From positions 81,880,397 through 81,944,396 of the forward strand of contig CM097887.1 in the NCBI GenBank assembly GCA_044892525.1: a stretch of 64,000 nt of DNA. Direction: 5' to 3'. Positions 18,472-30,100 of this stretch are shown here, piece after piece. A model generated the notes under the pieces. The model was not told where the DNA came from. It did no database searches and saw only the letters and a program-made list of their open reading frames with translations. A program made the translations under genes and the position numbers. The stretch's first letter is position 1; every line of letters begins with the position of its first letter. This stretch comes from Schmidtea polychroa. Lineage: Eukaryota.

Positions 18472-21400
18472 AAATGTGTGCCTGCATCAGTGAAAATATC
18501 TGCTCCGTTCTCATATGAAACTGATGCAGAATGCACAAATAAACTTTCTGAAATTGACCGAACACGCTGGTTTACTGATGATGAAATTGATTATTTCCTT
18601 CTACATCATATCAATAATCCAATGTTTACCTTTATAAGATGTTTCATTGTTAGTATCTTATGTTCTGATATTGCTGAAAATGTTGTTGATCTTCCCAAAG
18701 CTATTTTTGAAGCTCAAGTAATTCTATGTCCACTCAACATTAACAACTCACATTGGGTCTTGTTTGTTTATTGTAAATCTTCATTAACTTCTTATTTTAT
18801 CGATCCGATCTTGAAGAATAGAAATAGATTAGTAAATAAGGAGAGAGCTGTTAAAATAAACAATGTATTAAATTGTACTTTCAATCTTGATTCATTAATA
18901 ATTGAACACCCGTATAAAGATCTTGTTTATCAAGATAATAATTACGATTGTGGTCCTTTCATTTGCGGTTATGCGATGATTGTATCGCAAGAATGGAGCT
19001 CAATTCCTAATACGTTTGTCGAATACATTAGGAAACAATTGTTTCACTGTCAATCTATTTCTACTGTATCAGGAGGTGGCTTATCTAAAAATCATTTTCT
19101 CAATAAAATCAACTTCAAAAAGGCAATAAAACCTAAAAGCAAACCCATTATGAATGTCAAAATTATAAACCCTAATAATGAGAAAGCTTGTGTCTCATCT
19201 CTGATAAGCAAATGGTACGAAAAATATCCAAGTATATTAGTTCTTTCTCCCGAAATAACAAATAGTTTAATCAGTCAAAATGATAATTTTATAATTGAAA
19301 ATATTACATTTTTGCAATTTAGAAACGTTGATCATATAATTTGTATAATTCCTAACGATAATTGCTGGTGTCTATTGTTTTGCTCAGTCAAATATGGACA
19401 TAGTTATCTTTTTGATCTTAAACCTGGTTCGATTACTGAAAGATTGATAGGAATTTGTGAAAATATTACCGATTATTTGAATAAATTTACTCTAAATAAA
19501 AAGGTTTATTTTGAAAAGAATCAAAATGCTTTTCGTTTAAAAATTTCATCTGAAGATCCGTTTGAATATGCAGTTGGGTACATTGCCTTCTTAGAAAAAT
19601 ATCTTTTTAATAGAATATTTGATAGAGATTATGTGATTAAAACTCTCAAACATATGAATGTGCAGCAGGCAATTGAAATTAACAAAAATTTAAATTTAAT
19701 TAATTGCAAAATTACTGATAAAATTATAACTAATTTTTTTAATAACTTGAAACATTCCTCAGATTTTATTTTACTTAATAATACAATGTGCACTGCAATT
19801 TATGAAGACTGTACTCAATATCTGAAAGATTTTTTAAATATTGAGCATTTGATAAAAGCACAGGTTATTTTTTGTATTATGGCCCCTCCTAAAGCTCAAG
19901 AAATATTGTTTGTCATTGACTATAAAACTGATGAGCATTACTTTCTCAATCCCTCAACTTTAATTACTAATTTTAATTATTTATTTACTAGTCAAACTTT
20001 GTTGCATAAAATCAACGAAATTAGAGAATCGGCCGGTTGTTGTATAAAATCTGGTAATATTCCGCATGATGTTCGTGGTTCTGGCCTTGTGAGTCGTGTA
20101 CTCATTTGTGCTTTTATAAAAAACTATATTTCTGATTTATCTTTAGAGAACCTCAATTTATTTGATATAGGCAGTGTAATTACTTCTTTGTTACCTCCAA
20201 TAACGGAAACGATCAAGGTTTCGAAAAAAGACTTAAATGTAAAAAAAGAAATTGAAAAACCTTCTTTGGAGCGTCGAATTGAGAAAATTAATCTCCTTTT
20301 ATCAAATTTAGAAAACAGCAACGTTAATGAAATCTGTAAGATAATCATTGACAATTCATTGCGTCAAAGATCAGATGACAAAACTATGATTCGTAGACCT
20401 TATCTGGGAAATAAACCTTCTTACGACAAACCTGACAAAAATATACTAATATCTGGCTTCCTATCTAATATGAAATTGACAGTGAATAAAATACTGGCTG
20501 ATGAGAAAATTGATGAAAGACCTTCAATAACTGACTACATTTCTAATTTCACTCATTCTGATCCTGTCATTAAATCTTACGATAAAGTGTTTAATTTCTG
20601 TCTGAGTTCTTTGTCAACTCTAGTTCTGAATCTAATTTCCACTGAAGATGTAAAGTTTGAAATTAAAAAAGCAGACAACACTTCTCCTGGACTTGATGAT
20701 ATCAAGTATAAAGATTTATCTATTTTTGATCCTGAATACAAATTATTGACATTTTTCTTTAACAAAATAATAGTCGATAAAAATGTTCCAGAATGTTTAA
20801 AATCTTTCAAAACAATTATGATTCCGAAGCCTGATAAAGGTGACAAGTACACTTTAGTTTCTTCATGGCGACCAATAGCTCTATTGTCAGTCATTTACAA
20901 AGTGTTTGCGTCAGTGTTAGCTAGTCGTTTGACCAGTTGGGTGAAGGTCAATAATTTACTACACATTGGTCAGAAAGGAGGCTCAATCCACGACGGATGT
21001 GTTGAACATAACTCTGTTCTTTCTTCCTGCTTGGAACACTCAAAATACAGTAAAAACACTCCAATTGCTATAGCCTGGCTTGATATTAAAGACGCCTTTG
21101 GCAGTGTCCCTCATGATTACATGTGGAAAATCCTGCGTCGCGTTGGAGTCAGTGAGGAATTCACCAACATCTTGAAGCTGTTATATACCGATACAAGTTC
21201 TTTCTACACTTGTGGTCCAATTATTACACCAAACATTGCCATTAAACAGGGTGTCAAACAAGGATGCCCTATTTCAATGATTTTGTTTGCAATTGCGATA
21301 AATCCTGTTCTTGAATCTGTTAGTCAATCAAATGTGAAACCTTTCAAAATTGCTGGATCTTCGGTTCAAGTTCTTGCATATGCTGATGACATTGCACTTG

Positions 21401-22980
21401 TTGCAAATAATGTTTCCGATTTACAACGCATAATTGACATTGCAGTCGATACTGCTAATGAAATAGGTTTTGAATATCGACCTGAAAAGTGTGCTTTTCT
21501 TGAACTTCCAAATATTAACTCTGAAAGTAAAATCACAATCAATGGAATAAATATTAAGAAACTTTTACCAAACGAATTTTACCAATATCTGGGAGTTCCA
21601 GTCGGTGAGGAAACTGACCAAAGTCCTTACGAGATTTTGAATAAAGTTATTGTTGATGCAAATAAAATTGCAGAATCTGACTTGTTGGGATGGCAAAAAT
21701 TGAAAGCCTACAAAGTCTTTCTACACTCGCGCCTAATCTTTCCATTTAGAACGAGAGAAATAAAGATCAGTGCTCTTTCAACAACACAAGTTAATTGTAC
21801 GAGTAAACTGAGAAGTATTCTAAGAAAGATCTTGAATTTGCCCAACCATTCTGAGACCAGTTATCTTTACAACTCCATTGAAAATGGAGGTGCGTCTTGT
21901 ATTGATCTTCTTGATGAATATCATACACAGACGATTAGTCATTTTTTCCGACTCTTTACCTCTAATTGCATGTTCACTCGTAATATCAATATTGACTCTT
22001 TGAAATTCGTCACTGGTCCTCGACTGGGAATCAAGGAACCATCAATGCAAGAGAGTTTCAACTGGATAAATGGAGCTGAAAATATCAAAACTCATTCTGG
22101 AAAGAAAACGAGATTCTATCGACCTCGGATAGCAATCAAGTACTTTCAAAGAACTCATGGTATTACCTTGTCTTTTGAAGTCGAGAAAAATGAGCCTGTT
22201 CTTCGATTTACAACTATCGAACGTGGTACTTGTGTGTTGACAGCTTTGAATCGGAAAGCGATTTCTAAAATCATACATATTGCACTTTATGATGCTTATT
22301 TTTCTAAATGGAAATTAAGTAGCACGAGTGGATCTTGTGCTTATAGTTTATCACCGAAAATCAATAAAGCGATTTACAATGGCAATCTTCGTGAAAGTCC
22401 TTGGAAATTCATACATCGTGCACGTACAAACACATTGTCTACCTTTGCTAAACCTTATCGGAAACCTGATGATAGACTTTGTAGACGTTGTCATATTGAA
22501 GAGGAAACACTGCCATGTTCTGCAAACATGCAAAATTCACCAAATCCTTGCTCTTAAAAGACATAATGAATGCTTACGACTTATTACTGAGCAACTGAAA
22601 AATCCTTTTCTTATTGTTGTTATTGATCACACTTGTTCACTTGTTGTTGACTCTAAGGAGCGAGTTGATCTAATGATAACGGATAATGATAAAAAGAAAA
22701 TTTTCATGGTAGACATCAAATGTCCTTTTGACACTCTACAGACTTTTGAAACGGTAGATAAAGGAAATTTGACAAAATACGAAAATCTTCGAAAGCAAAT
22801 ACAAGTTGCGAAGCCAAATTTTATGGTTCTGTTCCACCAATGACATATGATGTGCTTGAGAAGATTGGAGTACCGAATAATAAAATTGAATCTCTTGTAA
22901 GAGAATGTGCAATGAGCAATATAACGCACTCGGCTAAATCTTGGCATTACCATGCATATGGTATCTTACCAGGATTCTAA
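18472..22980 (+). pseudogene. ORF2, copy 3, frameshifted within the CCHC finger
   Basis: Frame ends at 22557 after ACACTTTGCC>ACACTGCC; endonuclease motifs continue out of frame to the homologous stop at 22978-22980. Confidence 0.9.
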
Positions 22981-23479
22981 TTATTAAAGTTCGATTAAAA
23001 ATAATTAATTTTGTTTCTCATATTAATTAAAAATTGTCATCATTATTTATTTAAAGCATTATGAGGAATTGAATATCATTTTGATCTTGCCACTTATTAG
23101 TTTTGATAGTCTAAACATGATAATAATCTTTTCAATTCATCATGGAGAGGTGGTCCATTCTAATTTCAGATTCAACAATGATGAACAAATTCAGCTGAAA
23201 CGAGAAAAGTTTGCAGAAACCTAGAATAGAGCTTAATTAATTTGGCTCTAAAATTTCTGCAAGTGTTAAGCTAAGCCGGAAACGAATCTCCGATGAAATC
23301 CAATATGCCTGAGAAATTTCAAGAAACAAAGTGCTTTCGAGATGAGTATTCTCCCAACCGATATATTTATCACAGAGATTTTGATCACCCAAGTGCCGAC
23401 ATTTCCTGAATGGCTGTTCCAAGTTGAACGTTCTCAACAGATAAAAATCCAAAAACTTGTTATATTAATAAAATTTTAT

Positions 23480-23521
23480 CTAGTAAACCAGGGGTCGTGA
23501 GTTCAATTCTCACCGAAGGCA
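23480..23521 (+). pseudogene. 3' half of interrupted tRNA-Thr(AGT)
   Basis: Same junction as other copies. Confidence 0.95.
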
Positions 23522-23706
23522 ATTTTTTCCTAAATAAATTTTATCACATCAACATTAATCTTGTCTTGTCCGTTTTTGTTTCTAGTATTAGAAAAATTCC
23601 AACAAAAAATCCTATTGATTGTCCGACTTGTGTATGGGTTGGATTTTGATTTTTTCGGTACAGAATGCCACTTTATAGATTTAAATAGAAATCTCTCAAA
23701 TTGCAA

Positions 23707-23779
23707 GCCTTCGTAGCTCAGTGGTTAGAGCACTGGTCTAGTAAACCAGGGGTCGTGAGTTCAATTCTCACCGAAGGCA
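23707..23779 (+). tRNA. trnT: tRNA-Thr(AGT)
   Basis: Perfect cloverleaf with T6 terminator. Confidence 0.95.
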
Positions 23780-23964
23780 ATTTTTTCCTAAATAAATTTT
23801 ATCACATCAACATTAATCTTGTCTTGTCCGTTTTTGTTTCTAGTATTAGAAAAATTCCAACAAAAAATCCTATTGATTGTCCGACTTGTGTATGGGTTGG
23901 ATTTTGCTTTTTTCGGTACAGAATGCCACTTTATAGATTTAAATAGAAATCTCTCAAATTGCAA

Positions 23965-24037
23965 GCCTTCGTAGCTCAGTGGTTAGAGCACTGGTCTAGT
24001 AAACCAGGGGTCGTGAGTTCAATTCTCACCGAAGGCA
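23965..24037 (+). tRNA. trnT: tRNA-Thr(AGT)
   Basis: Perfect cloverleaf with T6 terminator. Confidence 0.95.
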
Positions 24038-24217
24038 ATTTTTTCCTAAATAAATTTTATCACATCAACATTAATCTTGTCTTGTCCGTTTTTGTTTCTA
24101 GTATTAGAAAAATTCCAACAAAAAATCCTATTGATTGTCCGACTTGTGTATGGGTTGGATTTTGATTTTTTCGGTACAGAATGCCACTTTATAGATTTAA
24201 ATAGAAATCTCTCAAAT

Positions 24218-24243
24218 ACTAAGCCCCTATAGCTCAGAGGTTA
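24218..24243 (+). other. Variant tRNA 5' half plus leader fused to an ORF1 fragment
   Basis: Identical to 279-304. Confidence 0.85.
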
Positions 24244-24651
24244 ATGGAAAAACACACAACGATGACGCAATCGCCTTCGAATGAATTACTCATCAATCTC
24301 AATCAAAAATTACCGCATTTTGCATTACTCAATTGCAAAATTGCAAAATCTTTAATCATGTCTTTGTTGAAATCTCAAATTCAACAATCTCAAGCTATTT
24401 TGGACCTGATTTCAAAAGATTCTGAAGAACCTTCAATTCTGGAACCTGTTGAATCAATTGAGGACATGCCTGAAGATTCAATGAAATTCTCTGAAGAAAA
24501 GATTCCACAACTTTCTACTATGCCTTTTTCATTTGAAGAAAGATTTCAGATTCTTGAGAAGACTATTGAATATGTATGTGGTAGGATTGATTTGATTTTT
24601 AATTCCTTAAATGACAAAAATAAAAATATTATTAAAGAGATATTGATATGA
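24244..24651 (+). pseudogene. Diverged 5' fragment of ORF1 (135 aa) leading into the 1915-bp array
   Basis: MEKHTTMTQSPSNELL... homologous to ORF1, stops early and continues as 1915-bp-unit sequence. Confidence 0.88.
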
Positions 24652-26593
24652 TATTGATTCTCCTTTGGATTCTTATTCTAAAAATGATGATTTTAAAATA
24701 ACAAAATTTACTAAATTATCTAATTTTAATAATATTGTTGATACTAAAAATACTTTAGTTGTAGGTTCAAAAACAAATATTAAAATTAATCCTGTTAATT
24801 TGTCAAACAAATTAACTAGATATTTATCAAAAAAGAACGTGTGGAATTAAGCAACTTTTATTGATATATCAACAAGAATTGATAATTTGCAAAAGAGTTT
24901 CAATGAAATTAGTGGTAAGTTGGATTTTATTGTTACTCTGCAAACAATGGTTTTATGAAATTTAATAATAATATTTCTTTAATATAATAATTCTTTATAT
25001 TGTTGCTGAGAATTGGAATTCAAATCATAATCTTATTAATCCTGTTAATTGATGATTTCAATTCTCACCAAAGGCAATTCGAGAATGACCGTTCAATTTT
25101 AAACATTCTCTTGAAAAAGAATGAAACCAATAACTTGACATATTAATAAAATTTTAATCTAGTAAACCAGTGGTCGTGAGTTCAATTCTCACCAAAGGCA
25201 ATTCGAGAATGACAGTTCCATTTTCAACATTCAATGTGAAAAACGATCTCTCAAGTGCAGAAATTTCAAGAATGGCTGTTCCAAGTTGAGCATTCTCAGA
25301 AAAGAAAAGAAAAAAATTTGTTATCTTAATAAAATTTTGATCTAGTAAACTCGGGTCGTGAGTTCAATTCTCACCGAAGGCAATTTTTCTTAAATAAATT
25401 TTATCACATCAACATTAATTTTGTCTTGCCCGTTTTTGTTTCAAGTATTAAAAGAATTCCAACAAAAAATCCTATTGATTTTGTCGGTACAGAATGCCAC
25501 TTTATACATTTAAATAGAAATTTCTCAAATTGCAAGCAAGAATTATCAAGATGAGGCAATCGCCTCCAAGTGAATTACCGAATAATTCCAATCTTAAATT
25601 ACCGATTTCTGGATTACGCATTAACAAAATTGCAAAATCGTCAATATTGTATTTGTTGAAATGTCAGATTCAACAATCGCAAGCCATTTTGGACCTTATT
25701 TCAAAAAGACTCTGAAGAACCTTCCATTCTGGAACCGATTGAACCAATTGAAGACATACCAGAAGATTCGATAAAATTCTCAAAAGAAAAGATACCACTA
25801 TGCCTTTCTACTGTGCCTTTTTCAATTGAAGAAAGATTTCAGATTCTTGAGAAGACTATTGAATCTGTATGTGGTAGGATTGATTTGATTTTTAATTCCT
25901 TAAATGACAGTAATAAAAATATTATTAAAAAGAAATTGATATGATATTGATTCTCCTTTGGATTCTTATTCTAAAAATGATGATTTTAAAATAACAAAAT
26001 TTACTAAATTATCTAATTTTAATAATATTGTTGATACTATAAATACTTTAGTTGTAGGTTCAAAAACAAATATTAAAATTAATCCTGTTAATTTGTCAAA
26101 CAAATTAACTAGATATTTATCAAAAAAGAACGTGTGGAATTAAGCAACTTTTATTGATATATCAACAAGAATTGATAATTTGCAAAAGAGTTTCAATGAA
26201 ATTAGTGGTAAGTTGGATTTTATTGTTACTCTGCAAACAATGGTTTTATGAAATTTAATAATAATATTTCTTTAATATAATAATTCTTTATATTGTTGCT
26301 GAGAATTGGAATTCAAATCATAATCTTACTAATAATCTTATAAAGATTCGTTAAAAATAATAAAATTATTACTTCTAATGAAACTTCATTAGCTACTAAG
26401 CATATCTAAAAATGAATCCACTTTTTTGTCTAACAAATTTACTCGGTATTTATAAAAGGAAGAACGTATGGAATAATCAATTTATTCAATCTGCAACTTC
26501 AATGGAAATGGTATGTTTATTTTAATTTTATTTATCATATTAATTAATAATTTTCAAATAGAATTGCGAATCGTAAACGCTTCGGCCTTTCAA

Positions 26594-26899
26594 ATGAATG
26601 TGAGCTCAGTTAATGGAAATGCCCCAAATGGTAAATTTATTATTATTACTATCACAAGTTATTAATATTCTTTATCAAATTAATTTATTGGAGACAGGGC
26701 TGCTATCATAGAAAATGAATATGGTAAATTATTTATATTTTAATTAATAAAAATAAAAAATACATTCTATAAAAACATTATTGTAGATGATGCACCGGTT
26801 TCCAATGGGGATGATATTATGAATTATGCCCTCATTTCTAATGGTGAAGATACGATTATAGTAGATGTACCAATCTCAAGAATGACTATTCCATATTGA
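26594..26899 (+). CDS. Putative spliced 59-aa mini-ORF in each 1915-bp unit: join(26594-26630,26694-26723,26787-26899)
   Basis: Three GT..AG AT-rich introns (26511-26561, 26631-26693, 26724-26786), all phase 1; spliced frame open: MNVSSVNGNAPNDRAAIIENEYDDAPVSNGDDIMNYALISNGEDTIIVDVPISRMTIPY. Intron 2 acceptor is a weak GAG. Confidence 0.4.
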
Positions 26900-27078
26900 A
26901 GAATCTCTTGAAAAAAATGAAACCAATAACTTGCTAAATTAATAGAATTTTAATCGAAAAAATCAAGAGTGATGATTTCAATTCTCACCAAAGGCAATTC
27001 GAGAATGACCGTTCAATTTTAAACATTCTCTTGAAAAAGAATGAAACCAATAACTTGACATATTAATAAAATTTTAAT

Positions 27079-27120
27079 CTAGTAAACCAGGGGTCGTGAG
27101 TTCAATTCTCACCAAAGGCA
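27079..27120 (+). pseudogene. tRNA-Thr 3' half inside the 1915-bp unit (representative; others at ~26955-26996 and 27257-27297; repeats every 1915 bp)
   Basis: CTAGTAAACCAGGGGTCGTGAGTTCAATTCTCACCAAAGGCA preceded by element-3'-end sequence TTAATAAAATTTTAAT. Confidence 0.88.
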
Positions 27121-30100
27121 ATTCGAGAATGACAGTTCCATTTTCAACATTCAATGTGAAAAACGATCTCTCAAGTGCAGAAATTTCAAGAATGGCTGTT
27201 CCAAGTTGAGCATTCTCAGAAAAGAAAAGAATTTGTTATCTTAATAAAATTTTGATCTAGTAAACTCGGGTCGTGAGTTCAATTCTCACCGAAGGCAATT
27301 TTTCTTAAATAAATTTTATCACATCAACATTAATTTTGTCTTGCCCGTTTTTGTTTCAAGTATTAAAAGAATTCCAACAAAAAATCCTATTGATTTTGTC
27401 GGTACAGAATGCCACTTTATACATTTAAATAGAAATTTCTCAAATTGCAAGCAAGAATTATCAAGATGAGGCAATCGCCTCCAAGTAAATTACCGAATAA
27501 TTCCAATCTTAAATTACCGATTTCTGGATTACGCATTAACAAAATTGCAAAATCGTCAATATTGTATTTGTTGAAATGTCAGATTCAACAATCGCAAGCC
27601 ATTTTGGACCTTATTTCAAAAAGACTCTGAAGAACCTTCCATTCTGGAACCGATTGAACCAATTGAAGACATACCAGAAGATTCGATAAAATTCTCAAAA
27701 GAAAAGATACCACTATGCCTTTCTACTGTGCCTTTTTCAATTGAAGAAAGATTTCAGATTCTTGAGAAGACTATTGAATCTGTATGTGGTAGGATTGATT
27801 TGATTTTTAATTCCTTAAATGACAGTAATAAAAATATTATTAAAGAGATATTGATATGATATTGATTCTCCTTTGGATTCTTATTCTAAAAATGATGATT
27901 TTAAAATAACAAAATTTACTAAATTATCTAATTTTAATAATATTGTTGATACTAAAAATACTTTAGTTGTAGGTTCAAAAACAAATATTAAAATTAATCC
28001 TGTTAATTTGTCAAACAAATTAACTAGATATTTATCAAAAAAGAACGTGTGGAATTAAGCAACTTTTATTGATATATCAACAAGAATTGATAATTTGCAA
28101 AAGAGTTTCAATGAAATTAGTGGTAAGTTGGATTTTATTGTTACTCTGCAAACAATGGTTTTATGAAATTTAATAATAATATTTCTTTAATATAATAATT
28201 CTTTATATTGTTGCTGAGAATTGGAATTCAAATCATAATCTTACTAATAATCTTATAAAGATTCGTTAAAAATAATAAAATTATTACTTCTAATGAAACT
28301 TCATTAGCTACTAAGCATATCTAAAAATGAATCCACTTTTTTGTCTAACAAATTTACTCGGTATTTATAAAAGGAAGAACGTATGGAATAATCAATTTAT
28401 TCAATCTGCAACTTCAATGGAAATGGTATGTTTATTTTAATTTTATTTATCATATTAATTAATAATTTTCAAATAGAATTGCGAATCGTAAACGCTTCGG
28501 CCTTTCAAATGAATGTGAGCTCAGTTAATGGAAATGCCCCAAATGGTAAATTTATTATTATTACTATCACAAGTTATTAATATTCTTTATCAAATTAATT
28601 TATTGGAGACAGGGCTGCTATCATAGAAAATGAATATGGTAAATTATTTATATTTTAATTAATAAAAATAAAAAATACATTCTATAAAAACATTATTGTA
28701 GATGATGCACCGGTTTCCAATGGGGATGATATTATGAATTATGCCCTCATTTCTAATGGTGAAGATACGATTATAGTAGATGTACCAATCTCAAGAATGA
28801 CTATTCCATATTGAAGAATCTCTTGAAAAAAATGAAACCAATAACTTGCTAAATTAATAGAATTTTAATCGAAAAAATCAAGAGTGATGATTTCAATTCT
28901 CACCAAAGGCAATTCGAGAATGACCGTTCAATTTTAAACATTCTCTTGAAAAAGAATGAAACCAATAACTTGACATATTAATAAAATTTTAATCTAGTAA
29001 ACCAGGGGTCGTGAGTTCAATTCTCACCAAAGGCAATTCGAGAATGACAGTTCCATTTTCAACATTCAATGTGAAAAACGATCTCTCAAGTGCAGAAATT
29101 TCAAGAATGGCTGTTCCAAGTTGAGCATTCTCAGAAAAGAAAAGAATTTGTTATCTTAATAAAATTTTGATCTAGTAAACTCGGGTCGTGAGTTCAATTC
29201 TCACCGAAGGCAATTTTTCTTAAATAAATTTTATCACATCAACATTAATTTTGTCTTGCCCGTTTTTGTTTCAAGTATTAAAAGAATTCCAACAAAAAAT
29301 CCTATTGATTTTGTCGGTACAGAATGCCACTTTATACATTTAAATAGAAATTTCTCAAATTGCAAGCAAGAATTATCAAGATGAGGCAATCGCCTCCAAG
29401 TAAATTACCGAATAATTCCAATCTTAAATTACCGATTTCTGGATTACGCATTAACAAAATTGCAAAATCGTCAATATTGTATTTGTTGAAATGTCAGATT
29501 CAACAATCGCAAGCCATTTTGGACCTTATTTCAAAAAGACTCTGAAGAACCTTCCATTCTGGAACCGATTGAACCAATTGAAGACATACCAGAAGATTCG
29601 ATAAAATTCTCAAAAGAAAAGATACCACTATGCCTTTCTACTGTGCCTTTTTCAATTGAAGAAAGATTTCAGATTCTTGAGAAGACTATTGAATCTGTAT
29701 GTGGTAGGATTGATTTGATTTTTAATTCCTTAAATGACAGTAATAAAAATATTATTAAAAAGAAATTGATATGATATTGATTCTCCTTTGGATTCTTATT
29801 CTAAAAATGATGATTTTAAAATAACAAAATTTACTAAATTATCTAATTTTAATAATATTGTTGATACTATAAATACTTTAGTTGTAGGTTCAAAAACAAA
29901 TATTAAAATTAATCCTGTTAATTTGTCAAACAAATTAACTAGATATTTATCAAAAAAGAACGTGTGGAATTAAGCAACTTTTATTGATATATCAACAAGA
30001 ATTGATAATTTGCAAAAGAGTTTCAATGAAATTAGTGGTAAGTTGGATTTTATTGTTACTCTGCAAACAATGGTTTTATGAAATTTAATAATAATATTTC

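Larger units (their letters stand above)
16195..23479 (+). mobile_element. Retrotransposon copy 3 (7285 bp), chimeric, endonuclease disrupted
   Basis: Nearly identical to copies 1 and 2 up to ~22460, then many substitutions, a 2-nt deletion at 22511 and a net 34-nt deletion at ~22824. Confidence 0.92.
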
